Shown here one piece after another: positions 1 to 9,620 of a DNA stretch of 64,000 nt. Below the pieces are notes generated by a model, which did no database searches, had not been told where the DNA came from, and was given only the letters and a program-made list of their open reading frames with translations. Numbering within the stretch: the stretch's first letter is position 1; every line of letters begins with the position of its first letter. Location: the NCBI GenBank assembly GCA_963667015.2, contig CAXXJJ010000004.1:1856001-1920000 (forward strand). The letters are read 5' to 3'. Made by a program: the position numbers and the translations under genes. The DNA comes from Desulfatiglandales bacterium (lineage in GTDB: Bacteria > Desulfobacterota > DSM-4660 > Desulfatiglandales > HGW-15).

Positions 1-8
1 GCATCTTT

Positions 9-39
9 GTTGGGTTGCTTCGCTTAACCCAACCTACAT
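9..39. repeat. REP-like palindrome
   Basis: gttgggtt-gcttcgctt-aacccaac inverted repeat followed by ctaca, downstream of the DUF169 gene. Confidence 0.5.
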
Positions 40-86
40 ACTCGATAATCACTCCGGCAAAAACAAATACACTAATAACATGCTAA

Positions 87-929
87 TCAGCCAACAGGCA
101 TCTCATTCCATACTTTTTTACTTCTGTTGATCTTTTTTTGTACCGTTTGCCAGGCCTTTCTATTTAAAAATGAATCTCCGTAACGGTTTAGCATTTCAGA
201 AAACATCTGAAATGGAACTGTAAAAGACAGCTCATCATTTTTATAATATTTTCTTGCAGAAGGGTCCCATCCACCAATAACCGCTTTAGGCTTCCCGCTA
301 TTTAGGTAATGTAATGGCCAGACAGCAAGGCCCCCGCATCCCGCACTCCATGGCGATACTACTGCTTCAGGGTCATTAGTTACAAAAGCAGTAAGCTGAT
401 GTAATCCGCAAAGGGATTCCGGCCTGGAGAAAAATATAACAAGCTCCGGATTTTCATCTCGTTCAAAAAGACTCAGAGGCTTAACCACACAGTACTTTTT
501 AGGTGCCGGTCTCGGGTCTACAAATTCGAAAATCTTACGAACGGCATCGGGTGACTCACAATACTGTTCCCCTTCCATATAGTTTGGAATTCCAGTTGAT
601 ACATAGTTAATAATCATCTCTGTCTGAGGCTTATTAAACCCAAGCCAGAATGCAGCACCAGGACATCCGAATTGGTTGGCTGAAAACCATGCAATACTTT
701 TCTTTTTACGAGCTCGCCAGATATGACCTATGGCACATGAAAACTTGCCAAACACCTCCTGCCAATCAATTTCATTTTTTAATTCCCTATCCCTGGTTGG
801 AAGTTCAACTTTTTTGGGTGAAAATCCTTCAACAGGCTTATCACCAGTATAGAAAAGCCCCATAGGCTCTTCGTCAAGCTCAAGTATCTTGAGAAAGTCC
901 GGCAGCAATTGTAATATATGAGTATCCAT
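87..929 (-). CDS. DUF169 family protein
   Basis: 280-aa ORF with FSCAIG, FGCPGAAFWLGF, SAGCG and GGWDPSAR...DELSFTVP motifs typical of DUF169; GGAG RBS upstream. Confidence 0.75.
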   Translation of the reverse strand: MDTHILQLLPDFLKILELDEEPMGLFYTGDKPVEGFSPKKVELPTRDRELKNEIDWQEVFGKFSCAIGHIWRARKKKSIAWFSANQFGCPGAAFWLGFNKPQTEMIINYVSTGIPNYMEGEQYCESPDAVRKIFEFVDPRPAPKKYCVVKPLSLFERDENPELVIFFSRPESLCGLHQLTAFVTNDPEAVVSPWSAGCGGLAVWPLHYLNSGKPKAVIGGWDPSARKYYKNDELSFTVPFQMFSEMLNRYGDSFLNRKAWQTVQKKINRSKKVWNEMPVG

Positions 930-984
930 TATTTCCTCCGAAGATTAGATTAAGATCTACAATCGATCACACATGCGAAAGCAA

Positions 985-1059
985 CGGAGTCAGCCCCTGA
1001 CTGTGACATATTAATCTTTTGTGGAGAAAACAGTCCATGTCAATGTCAAGGAACCCCGG
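985..1059. repeat. Imperfect inverted-repeat element of the GGGGTC..CTTGAC family
   Basis: cggagtcagcccctgactgtgacat ... atgtcaatgtcaaggaaccccgg; arms resemble those at 59741-59817. Confidence 0.6.
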
Positions 1060-1076
1060 TTTTTCATTACTCCTTT

Positions 1077-2918
1077 TTATCGTCCTGATTTGGTCAATGT
1101 GGCACCTCTAATAACTTTGGTCATAAACGGCCTTTCCACAAAATCCGGGGGACTGTCTGCCCTCGGGGTGGTTGAGCCTGCAGCCGTTGTATAAACCATT
1201 GTTTGACCAACCGCATTACCGGCTACAATAACTGCTACATGTTTTGGATCCACAAAAGGCTCTATAAGAAGCCCGGGTTTACAGTCTTCCAGCCTGATCC
1301 CTTTCCTTTTTCCCTGGGCTACTGATTCTTTAAACCGTTTCCGCTCCTCCTCGTCCATTTTGTTCCAGTTAACCGAGGTCTTGTCATAAATCCACTGCAC
1401 CAGAGATTGTTTTGTAAAACCGGCATCTGCCAGTTGACTGGCCAATGTCGGATGCAAAACCAATTCATACCTGTAGCCACTTGAGGCTGTATTGCCAAAA
1501 TAACCGGAGGGGATAAAAAGGTTTGCCAGCGATTCCATAGATTGTTCAAATGTCTGAAAATTTAATGTCTCTCCCGGCCCATTTGAAACCCAGAGTGTCT
1601 CATTTACAGAAACAGTGCTTTCTTCCGGCTTATATCCTTGCTCGACAGAAAAGGATTCCCAGGGATTTTCCTTCTGGTTTTCGGGGATCAAATAATTTGT
1701 ATAAGCGATCGGTGTACCCGGACCTCCCGGCATAGCGTAAATGTTCATTTCACGCCAGCCTATATTTATCATACACATGGCTATCGCCCTGCCAATAGTG
1801 CTGTTTGCCCTGTAACCGGGACTCAGGTAACCTATATTGTTGTTCATACCGATCTCTTCTATAATGGGTCCGCTAATCCATATCACGGGTAACGGCCCGG
1901 TAACGATATGATACTGGCAAAAATTTTTATCCGTAATACATTCTATCGCAGTAATAATAATCGGAAGATACTCGGGCTTTGCTCCGGTCATTACTGAATT
2001 TATTGCGATTTTTTCTACAGTTGCCATCCCTTTTCTGGGATACATGATCCCGATTTCTTCAGTTGGCTTCCGGCTTGTCCCGGCAAGCATTTCATTAACT
2101 GCTTCTCTGGTTGGAGGCACTACAGGTAATCCGTCACTCATAAAATTCTCATGGCAGTATTGCTGATATTTTTCGATCGCTTCGGAAAAGCTGCTTCCGG
2201 TGAACTTTTTAGTAGAATAATCATGATAAAAGGGAACAGGTTCTTTTTCCGATTTTGTCAGCGGCGCTGTCAAAGCTTTTACTGTATCATCGAACACTTC
2301 GGATGCTACTCTATCCATAAGTTCCTGGTTTGCTTTGGCCTTGAGATATGCCTTGTCCGGAAGGGATATTATACGAATGGTCGGCATACCATTAATTTCA
2401 GCCAGGCTTCTGCGCTGTGGTATAAGGCTGTTTACACTGAAGGCTGCTCCGGGTTTGCCGATTTTCTCCAGTCTGCTGTCATAGTCGATCTCCATGGAAG
2501 TTGCCGTTTTAACTCCCTCCAGCCATACATCACAGGCTGCGGCTACCTCTGCAGTATTATCAGGCACTATTGGACTGGCCGGGGAAGGGAAACGAAGTAT
2601 TGTTGCGGTTGGATAGGCCTTTTTAAGCAGCTTCTCCAGGGAATTGAAAAATAAAATCGCATCCGGCTTATCAGCCATTAATGCGATCTTCTTTCCGTTC
2701 AGATCATTTATCCGCGGGTTGGACAGCCCTTCCACCTCTGGCGAGACGAGCCTGCCACGGGGATCCAGCACCTCGATCATAACCTCTTTCTGTGAGGTCT
2801 CTGTTTTCCTGTCGCATGCCAGGTTAAACAGTAAAGCAAGACATATTATTCCGGCCGCAGGGATCCCTATAAAAAATCTTCTGCCTTCAAGCTTTCTGCT
2901 TTTTTTTCTGGGATTCAT
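1077..2918 (-). CDS. UGSC-family-like fused thioredoxin-fold lipoprotein, no Sec/Cys motif
   Basis: Lipobox LAC; DLNGKKIAL N-domain; C-domain SDGLPVVPPT, EKIAINSVMTGAKPEYLP, GYRANSTIGRA. Confidence 0.6.
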   Translation of the reverse strand: MNPRKKSRKLEGRRFFIGIPAAGIICLALLFNLACDRKTETSQKEVMIEVLDPRGRLVSPEVEGLSNPRINDLNGKKIALMADKPDAILFFNSLEKLLKKAYPTATILRFPSPASPIVPDNTAEVAAACDVWLEGVKTATSMEIDYDSRLEKIGKPGAAFSVNSLIPQRRSLAEINGMPTIRIISLPDKAYLKAKANQELMDRVASEVFDDTVKALTAPLTKSEKEPVPFYHDYSTKKFTGSSFSEAIEKYQQYCHENFMSDGLPVVPPTREAVNEMLAGTSRKPTEEIGIMYPRKGMATVEKIAINSVMTGAKPEYLPIIITAIECITDKNFCQYHIVTGPLPVIWISGPIIEEIGMNNNIGYLSPGYRANSTIGRAIAMCMINIGWREMNIYAMPGGPGTPIAYTNYLIPENQKENPWESFSVEQGYKPEESTVSVNETLWVSNGPGETLNFQTFEQSMESLANLFIPSGYFGNTASSGYRYELVLHPTLASQLADAGFTKQSLVQWIYDKTSVNWNKMDEEERKRFKESVAQGKRKGIRLEDCKPGLLIEPFVDPKHVAVIVAGNAVGQTMVYTTAAGSTTPRADSPPDFVERPFMTKVIRGATLTKSGR

Positions 2919-3057
2919 TATTTTCCTCCTTATATTGTCTTGTTATACATATTATCAGAAGACTGGATTCAGTAATGCCATCATTAATTCATTCCGCTTA
3001 CTGCATTGTTTTTCCCCTTTTTTATTTTTTTTTAAAATTACCATATGTTTTAATATA

Positions 3058-3240
3058 GGCACCTCCCCATCCATAGTATATTGGGTACTATGGACCGGGC
3101 GCATAAGCGCAACAATAAATTTAAAGGATCTAGGAGGTGCCAGAATGAAAGTATACGCAGGAATCGATTTGCATTCAAGTAATAACTACATAGAGATTAT
3201 CAACGAAAAGGATGAACGGTTGTATCAGAAGCGGCTAATG
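3058..3240 (+). mobile_element. IS110-family remnant: left non-coding end plus first ~31 codons of the transposase
   Basis: AGGAGG RBS then ATG at 3145 gives MKVYAGIDLHSSNNYIEIINEKDERLYQKRL (GIDLH RuvC-like start); similarity ends near 3240. Confidence 0.7.
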
Positions 3241-3380
3241 GATGACCCCTTGATTGCTCATGTCCCTGGTCTACCTCAAAACCCGAATTATATGCACATA
3301 CTGCAGCCATTTTCCGGTTTAGCTTTAAATTTAACAAATCAAAAATATACCTGGATTTTCCTGTTTTAGGTATTATGTCA

Positions 3381-3409
3381 TTGACAAACAGATTCTTTCC
3401 AAATACCTT
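3381..3409 (+). promoter_or_regulatory. Candidate sigma70 promoter
   Basis: TTGACA-17 bp-TACCTT upstream of the 3455 start. Confidence 0.35.
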
Positions 3410-3454
3410 ATGCTATATTTAATACAAGCTAAAATTGAAATCTGGAGAAGAACG

Positions 3455-4354
3455 ATGAAAAAAGAATTTGCTGCTGTGCTCTTTCTAATCCTGTTTATTA
3501 TAGTTTTACCTGTTCAAAAAACAGCGGCCCGTGACAGCGAAAAAGAATTAGAGAATGATGTTGTTAAAGCCGTTGTGATTGGCGGAATGACCATGACAGG
3601 TTTGTGGGATGAAATAAGTAAAATGTTTGAGGCCAGGACAGGAATAAGGGTTGAGGTTGTTGATACCGGTCCCAGGCCCAATATTGAAGTACCCTTTCAA
3701 CAGGGAAAGGCTGACCTTTTAACCATGCATTCCGGTGATATAACGACTGATTTGGTGGCTGACGGTTACGGCATAGAAATGAAGCCATGGGCACATAATA
3801 ATATAGTAATTTTAGGCCCAAAGAGTGACCCTGCGGGTATTAAAGGAATGAGGGACGGAGCGAAGGCGCTTAAAAGAATTGCTGCAACCGGATCCAGTTA
3901 TGTAGACCTTTGGGGAATCGGTATGCGCGAAGTGAGCCAGAAGATGTGGAAAAAGGCAGGGATTTTCCCGCCAATAGGCGACTGGGTTATAAAGGATGAA
4001 AGACAAAACAAAAATGGCATATTAAGGTACGTGGCGGAAAAAAACGCATATACATTGTTTGGTAGAATGCCGGTTCTGTTTGAAAAAAGAGATATAAAAG
4101 GGCTGGAAATAATGGTTGAAAATGACCCGGATATGCACAGACCATATATTGTCATGCTGGCAAATCCCGATGTTTTTTCTCATACCAATATTGAAGGGGC
4201 GCGCAAATTACAGGCGTTCCTGCTTTCAAAAGATGTTCAGGTGTTTTTATCTAAATTCGGGGCCGATGAATTTGGAGGTATCCCATTATTTTACCCGTTG
4301 AGACAAAGGGCTTTTAAGGGGAAAAGTGAAAGGCTGACCGCTGGTAAAGATTAA
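3455..4354 (+). CDS. TupA-like periplasmic substrate-binding protein
   Basis: Signal peptide; GLWDEI, GKADLLTMHS, NNIVILGPKSDPAGIKG, NIEGARKLQAFLLS..VQ motifs; start at MKKEF with GGAG RBS. Confidence 0.7.
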   Translation: MKKEFAAVLFLILFIIVLPVQKTAARDSEKELENDVVKAVVIGGMTMTGLWDEISKMFEARTGIRVEVVDTGPRPNIEVPFQQGKADLLTMHSGDITTDLVADGYGIEMKPWAHNNIVILGPKSDPAGIKGMRDGAKALKRIAATGSSYVDLWGIGMREVSQKMWKKAGIFPPIGDWVIKDERQNKNGILRYVAEKNAYTLFGRMPVLFEKRDIKGLEIMVENDPDMHRPYIVMLANPDVFSHTNIEGARKLQAFLLSKDVQVFLSKFGADEFGGIPLFYPLRQRAFKGKSERLTAGKD

Positions 4355-4404
4355 ATATCCTGTGAAACATATCCATTTGGATTATCTATTATCAATATAA
4401 GGCT

Positions 4405-4478
4405 GGGGGTCAAGTCTGCCCTTGACTCTTACTCGTTTAGCTGCCCAATCCTTAAGAGTCATCGGCAGATCTGCCCCC
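4405..4478. repeat. Inverted-repeat element of the GGGGTC..CTTGAC family between convergent genes
   Basis: gggggtcaagtctgcccttgactctt ... aagagtcatcggcagatctgccccc. Confidence 0.7.
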
Positions 4479-4481
4479 TTT

Positions 4482-6143
4482 TCACTCGGCGCACACAAAG
4501 CTGTCGGCGCTGTTCACGTCGCCGCCTTTGTAACGAGCCACTAAAGGATATGGACAAAGCGGTCTCGATACGCCGGGAAAAGATACGCCCGTTGCTTTGA
4601 TTCGATCCGGAGCATGTCCTTCTTCCACCCAGGCCATGATTGCTTCAAGCATATCGAATTGGTCTGTGGCCTTACCGCCGTCACAGTGACACATACCGGG
4701 AATGAGAAATAGCCGAACAGATTCACGAATAGACTCTCCGTTGTCCCTGACGACCTGATCATACCAATCAGCAAGTACACTGGAGGCCATGCCCTGATCG
4801 GAGAGACCGTTATAAACAATCATTTTCCCATGACCTGCGAAAGTTTGCAAAAAAGTGGAATCAGCATCACTTAACATTTCGGTGTTGCGGGTACGCTCTA
4901 CATCACGGTCAAAATCAAACTTCAGGGGATCCATATCCGGGTCCGGTGGTGTCAGTTGATAATAGCGCATATTACTCAAACCAAGTCCGGCATCGGCAGC
5001 ATCCCATTCTCCAGTGCCGGATGAACCAAGATGCATGGCCCGCCAGATTGGGTCGGCAATACCGGTGTCATAGTTAAAAGCGCTGTAAAGGGGTTTCCCC
5101 TCACTAGTTCGAGGACCGGCGTATATATCATGCAATGCATCTACCTGCGCCTTTGAGAGACAGGTATCTCTTTTTTCAGCTTTGCAGGTCAGAATAACTG
5201 GATCAAAGTCACAGCTTTGCCAGTCGTTGATAATGCCGTCAGCAAGGCCGTCCAGTGCGTCACAATGTTTAAGAACACCATCAGCCACCAGGCGTAAATC
5301 ACCATCCGAAAAGGCTTTTGAAATGACAGGCCGCCCTTTTTCATCCTTTGGAGAAATACGGGCAACCACCTGGAGATTCCACATTTCGTCTGTAGCTACT
5401 TTGGAGAATTTAATAGACGGATCGCCGGAAACTATTCCGTCAAAATAAAGCGGGAAGCGCTGAGAGGCTACCAATCCCTGACGTCCCCCGTTGGAGCACC
5501 CCAATAAATATGAGTAAGTTGGTGCAGTACCATAATATCCGGTCACCAGTTCCTTTGCCTTGAGTGTTACTGTTCCCAGGGCGTTATAGGCGTAATCAAT
5601 ACGGGCCTGCTGGTCGAGTCCAAAGGACCCATCGAGCCAATCGCCACGATGTCCACCATCAGTGGAAACAACTGCAAAACCACGCGCAAGGGCCGATGGC
5701 CTGACTGAACCAAAAATATCACCTAAGGCGGGAGCGAGCCTGCCGTCCAGACCACCACCACCATGGAAAGCAAATCGACCATTCCAGTTTGTTGGCATCC
5801 GCAGATCAAAACCCAGCCCGAATTTGCGGCCACCCGCACCGATGCGGGGGTTCAGCATACCCTGAACCAGACAATGCTCAGGAAGAAATTCTCCTTTCTC
5901 ATCCTCCGTGCCACTGCCATCCGCCATAGGTGCAGGCCCGGCAGGAACAATCTCAGCTTTTTCGATCACAAAACTTGATGTAGCTAGTTTTGCAATCGAT
6001 TTGCAGGCAGAGATATTAGCTTTTATATCTTCCCCGAATGCTGATCCAATAGGAAGAACAACTGCAAGAATCGCGCAGAGTAATCCTCGCACTATGGGGT
6101 TACATAAAGATGAATTCTTAAATGAACTTGTTTTGAAAATCAT
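4482..6143 (-). CDS. Secreted tannase/feruloyl esterase family alpha/beta hydrolase
   Basis: WNGRF..GGGG, STDGGH, GCSNGGRQG (Ser), GLSD (Asp), PGMCHC (His), SRPLCPYP; start at 6143 after AAGGAG. Confidence 0.9.
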   Translation of the reverse strand: MIFKTSSFKNSSLCNPIVRGLLCAILAVVLPIGSAFGEDIKANISACKSIAKLATSSFVIEKAEIVPAGPAPMADGSGTEDEKGEFLPEHCLVQGMLNPRIGAGGRKFGLGFDLRMPTNWNGRFAFHGGGGLDGRLAPALGDIFGSVRPSALARGFAVVSTDGGHRGDWLDGSFGLDQQARIDYAYNALGTVTLKAKELVTGYYGTAPTYSYLLGCSNGGRQGLVASQRFPLYFDGIVSGDPSIKFSKVATDEMWNLQVVARISPKDEKGRPVISKAFSDGDLRLVADGVLKHCDALDGLADGIINDWQSCDFDPVILTCKAEKRDTCLSKAQVDALHDIYAGPRTSEGKPLYSAFNYDTGIADPIWRAMHLGSSGTGEWDAADAGLGLSNMRYYQLTPPDPDMDPLKFDFDRDVERTRNTEMLSDADSTFLQTFAGHGKMIVYNGLSDQGMASSVLADWYDQVVRDNGESIRESVRLFLIPGMCHCDGGKATDQFDMLEAIMAWVEEGHAPDRIKATGVSFPGVSRPLCPYPLVARYKGGDVNSADSFVCAE

Positions 6144-6215
6144 ATGAGCGTCTCCTTCTAGGGTTATAATAATCAAGTTTTTAATATGCCTTCATCATTG
6201 ATACGGAAACCAAAC

Positions 6216-6240
6216 AGGGTCAGACCTTTATTATTGACAG
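6216..6240 (+). repeat. Half element of the GGGTC..TTGACA family
   Basis: agggtcagacctttattattgacag; similar to reverse complement of 22425-22452. Confidence 0.45.
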
Positions 6241-6571
6241 ATTTCAAAAATCACAAGCCAAAAATAAATGGATTCCCCAGTCTAAGCCGGAGAATGACGA
6301 CCTAAATACTTTTAAAAATATTATATGATGAAGCAAAACCTTGATTCAATATTCACCCTGTAAATAGGGTTCCCTCTGGGAAATTGAACAGGGTAAATCC
6401 GCTTTGCTGTCATAATTATAAATTTCACTGGTTAAAGATTTAGGACTTTTTTGTAATAAATGCAAGAAAGAAAAGATAGATGTCAGAGGGCGGAGATCAG
6501 AGGGCAGCCGGGCCGCTTGCCGAAAAGCCGGAAAGATTGATCAAGTAGAAAACTGTTAAAAGCAAATAATT

Positions 6572-6648
6572 GGACACGGATTAACACGGATTTTTAGGAT
6601 TTTTTTAAAAACAAAAGATCAGTGTTCACCTGTGTAGATCTGTGTCCC
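6572..6648. repeat. Imperfect inverted repeat of acacggat units
   Basis: ggacacggattaacacggat ... cacctgtgtagatctgtgtcc. Confidence 0.5.
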
Positions 6649-6724
6649 TTAATTCTAAATGCAGTTTCATACGAGCTACAGATGCAGTAATACCGATAGG
6701 AAAAGAAAAATATAATGATGCTTT

Positions 6725-6885
6725 GCATATAAAAATGTGCTGCAGGCACATTAAATTGTGCATTTTTCTTATTTTTATTATTTAAACAATTTTGAACACC
6801 TCCTTTTAAAAAAATCCAATGCACTGCTATACCCTACTTTTTCATTTATCAAGTCACAGATAATCGGTTTTGGCACAATCTTTGT
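6725..6885 (+). promoter_or_regulatory. Candidate sigma54 promoter with tandem enhancer boxes
   Basis: GCATA-N6-TGTGC (6725) and GCACA-N6-TGTGC (6746), 21 bp apart; TGGCAC-N5-TTGT at 6871-6885 (non-canonical -12). Confidence 0.45.
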
Positions 6886-7140
6886 AATTCCAAAAACAGC
6901 CTTAAGCGGTTTAGACTAAAGGCTGTTAGGAAATGCAAAACATATCAATAGTATTCAGCCTGAACCGCTACTCTGTTCCGCCATAGCTTTAGCGACGGCA
7001 GAAGCCTATTTTAAAACCACAGGTGAATCAATATAAATTAAAATGAGAAGGTTTTATCAGCACTGCCAGAGTCAATACGAATACCCTAATGGCCTTCAGT
7101 CTAATAGCCTTCAGTCTACTTTTAAACAAAAGGTGACAAA

Positions 7141-8550
7141 ATGAGCAAAGTAAAATCTATAAAAATTAAAGACATTGTCCTGGACAGCAGTATCTATCCG
7201 AGAATCAGTATTGACCACAAAAGGGTATCCCTGTTCGAGGAAAACATGAGGGATGGATTTGAATTTGATCCTATTCATTTGCAGGCCCATCCGGACGAAC
7301 CTGGTAAATACCGCATCCTGGATGGTGCGCACCGGTTCAAGGCATATAAGGGGATCGGGGAAAAGGAAATTGAGGCGGAAATCATTAATCTCAATGGAGA
7401 AGATCCCCTGCTGTATGCCGCAAGCAAGGCCAAAGGCCCCAGAGAGCTTAAGGATGAAGAGGCAAGGGAGATCGCCAGGAGGGCTTATCAGAAAAATCCT
7501 AAATTAAGTCCGGAGAAGATAGGAAAAGCCATATGCAGATCAAGGAGAACAGTTGACGGTTATATTTCTGATCTCAGGGCAGCAGTCAGGGCTGATCTTG
7601 GTTTAAAGATATTCCGCATGTCCCGTCTGGGCATACCCCAGGAAAGGATATCTGGCCGTTTGGGCCTGCTTCAAAGTGTAATTTCAAGCTATTTATCGGA
7701 TCTGGCAATGCTGCCAAATCCGATAAATAGCGACCTGAAAAAAGGTTTCACTGTAACCCAGGTGGCTGAAAAGCACTGCTGGCCTGAATCTCTGGTGTGG
7801 GCTGTTAAACTTTCGGGAAAAGATGACCTTGATAAATACCGGGAATTACAGTGGGGAATAAGGACATGGGACTACTGGAGCTGGACTGACTGCGACAGAA
7901 GGTTCGGTGATGATTGGCCCGGAAGAATCCCCGCGCAATTGATAGCTCATCTGCTTTTTTTCTTTTCCAGAGAGAACGATCTGATCTTTGATCCAATGGC
8001 TGGGGGTGGTGTTACTGCAGATACCTGCCTGGCCTTTAACCGCCGCTGCTGGAGTTTTGATCTGGTAGACAGATCCGATGAAAGACCGGAGATAGAACCC
8101 TGGTTCTGGGACACAGGCAATATGAAGTGGCCTGTTAATGGAAAAACAAAGCCGGACCTCATAATCTTTGATCCGCCCTATTTCAGTAAAAAGGCAAAGG
8201 ATTATGAAGATAACAGCATTTCGAATCTTTCACGAAAAGAGTACTTGGATTTTCTTGAGAGGTTTTTCAGGCTGGCAGCAGAGAACAGTAAAAAAACCAC
8301 AAGACTTGCCATGGTGAATGCTGACTGGCGAGACTTCCAGGGCACTTCTGCCATGGATGAGACACGTAAGCTATCTATCCTGATGCCTGATTATTATATG
8401 TTGATGGAAAAGGCAGGGTGGGAGGTAAGACATATCATACAGGCCCCCATGTCATCCGAGAGGTTCCAGGCAAACGTGGTTGCTGCGATGCAAAAAAAGA
8501 GAATACTGGGTGTTACAAGCAGGAATGTGCTGGTAGGACGGAAGAAATGA
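7141..8550 (+). CDS. ParB/Srx N-terminal domain + HTH + amino-DNA methyltransferase fusion
   Basis: YPR and ILDGAHRFKAY (ParB motif); two HTH-like segments; IFDPMAGGGVT (motif I) then IIFDPPY (motif IV). Confidence 0.85.
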   Translation: MSKVKSIKIKDIVLDSSIYPRISIDHKRVSLFEENMRDGFEFDPIHLQAHPDEPGKYRILDGAHRFKAYKGIGEKEIEAEIINLNGEDPLLYAASKAKGPRELKDEEAREIARRAYQKNPKLSPEKIGKAICRSRRTVDGYISDLRAAVRADLGLKIFRMSRLGIPQERISGRLGLLQSVISSYLSDLAMLPNPINSDLKKGFTVTQVAEKHCWPESLVWAVKLSGKDDLDKYRELQWGIRTWDYWSWTDCDRRFGDDWPGRIPAQLIAHLLFFFSRENDLIFDPMAGGGVTADTCLAFNRRCWSFDLVDRSDERPEIEPWFWDTGNMKWPVNGKTKPDLIIFDPPYFSKKAKDYEDNSISNLSRKEYLDFLERFFRLAAENSKKTTRLAMVNADWRDFQGTSAMDETRKLSILMPDYYMLMEKAGWEVRHIIQAPMSSERFQANVVAAMQKKRILGVTSRNVLVGRKK

Positions 8551-8722
8551 AAGTCTGAAGGCTGTCGGGGAGATTGGAGAACAGAGGTGCTTTTAAATAT
8601 AGACTTTTTCAACTCCGGATGTTAATCATTTTCTGGAACTCCAAAAAAACCGGTTAAATATTGCTTAAGGAGTTTTTGGATTATTCATGGATATAACCAG
8701 TAACCTAACAGGTTAATATTTT

Positions 8723-9502
8723 ATGAAACAGGCTTCTTTTCATCAATTGATTGAGTTTATGGAAATAGCACGCGATCTGAGCTGTGAATCGGATCTGGAT
8801 ATTTTCAGGCGTGAGATCTTAAACTGCATAGATGATTATATCCCTTCAGACGGCTCACTGATTGTCCTGGAAAATGAAAATTACCATTCTCCGGATTTTT
8901 TCATAAGAAATATAAATGAGAAAAAGAACATGGAATATCTTGAGTATTATTATTCCATGGATCCTTTTTCAAATGTTAAAGGTCCTTCACAATGCCTGCA
9001 GCTTGTGCCCCGCCTTCCTCATGGAAAAACAGTTATAGCACTTGAAGAGATAGTGAATTATCCGGATTTTATATCCAGTGAGTATTACAGGGATTTTTTA
9101 AAACCGCAAAATATACATTATGAACTTGAAATCTACTTTAAGCAGATGAACCGGGTAAAAGGTTTCATAGCCCTGCTCCGTCCCCGTTGGTCTCAATCCT
9201 TTTCTGAAAGAGAAATAAGTTTCGCCAGGGCCTTTGCCCCTTTCCTGTCTCTTGCCCTTGATAATATTCTGCTTAATAAAAACAGGAACAGGAATCTGGA
9301 GATCGCCCGCACATCCTTTAATCTCACAAAACGTCAACTTGATGTGGTTAAATTTATTTGCGAAGGTTTAACAAATCGGGAGATAGCAGACAGACTTGGT
9401 ATCAGTGATTTGACGGTCAAGTCTCATATCCAGAATTTATTTGAAAAAACAGGTGTTAATTCAAGGTCTTCTCTTGTGTATAAGATTATTGCAGGTGTTT
9501 AG
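8723..9502 (+). CDS. LuxR-family transcriptional regulator
   Basis: C-terminal LTKRQLDVV..ICEGLTNREIADRLGISDLTVKSHIQNLFEKTGV HTH; GAF-like N-terminus. Confidence 0.9.
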   Translation: MKQASFHQLIEFMEIARDLSCESDLDIFRREILNCIDDYIPSDGSLIVLENENYHSPDFFIRNINEKKNMEYLEYYYSMDPFSNVKGPSQCLQLVPRLPHGKTVIALEEIVNYPDFISSEYYRDFLKPQNIHYELEIYFKQMNRVKGFIALLRPRWSQSFSEREISFARAFAPFLSLALDNILLNKNRNRNLEIARTSFNLTKRQLDVVKFICEGLTNREIADRLGISDLTVKSHIQNLFEKTGVNSRSSLVYKIIAGV

Positions 9503-9542
9503 GGTATCTCTTTTCATCCATCCATAAAATTTTCCACATAAA

Positions 9543-9560
9543 ATACTCCAAAAGGAGCAT
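9543..9560. promoter_or_regulatory. Candidate LuxR/NarL-type operator
   Basis: ATACTCC-AAAA-GGAGCAT dyad ~60 bp upstream of the amidohydrolase start, ahead of a TATTAT -10-like box. Confidence 0.5.
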
Positions 9561-9620
9561 TTTATGTTTAACTGCCGTGATATATTATAACTGTTAAACC
9601 TGAAATATTGGAGGGTAACC

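Noticed and set aside
2644..3369. 241-aa + strand ORF
   Set aside because: Chimera of antisense to the 1077-2918 gene, AT-rich spacer and the IS110 fragment; only the part from 3145 looks coding
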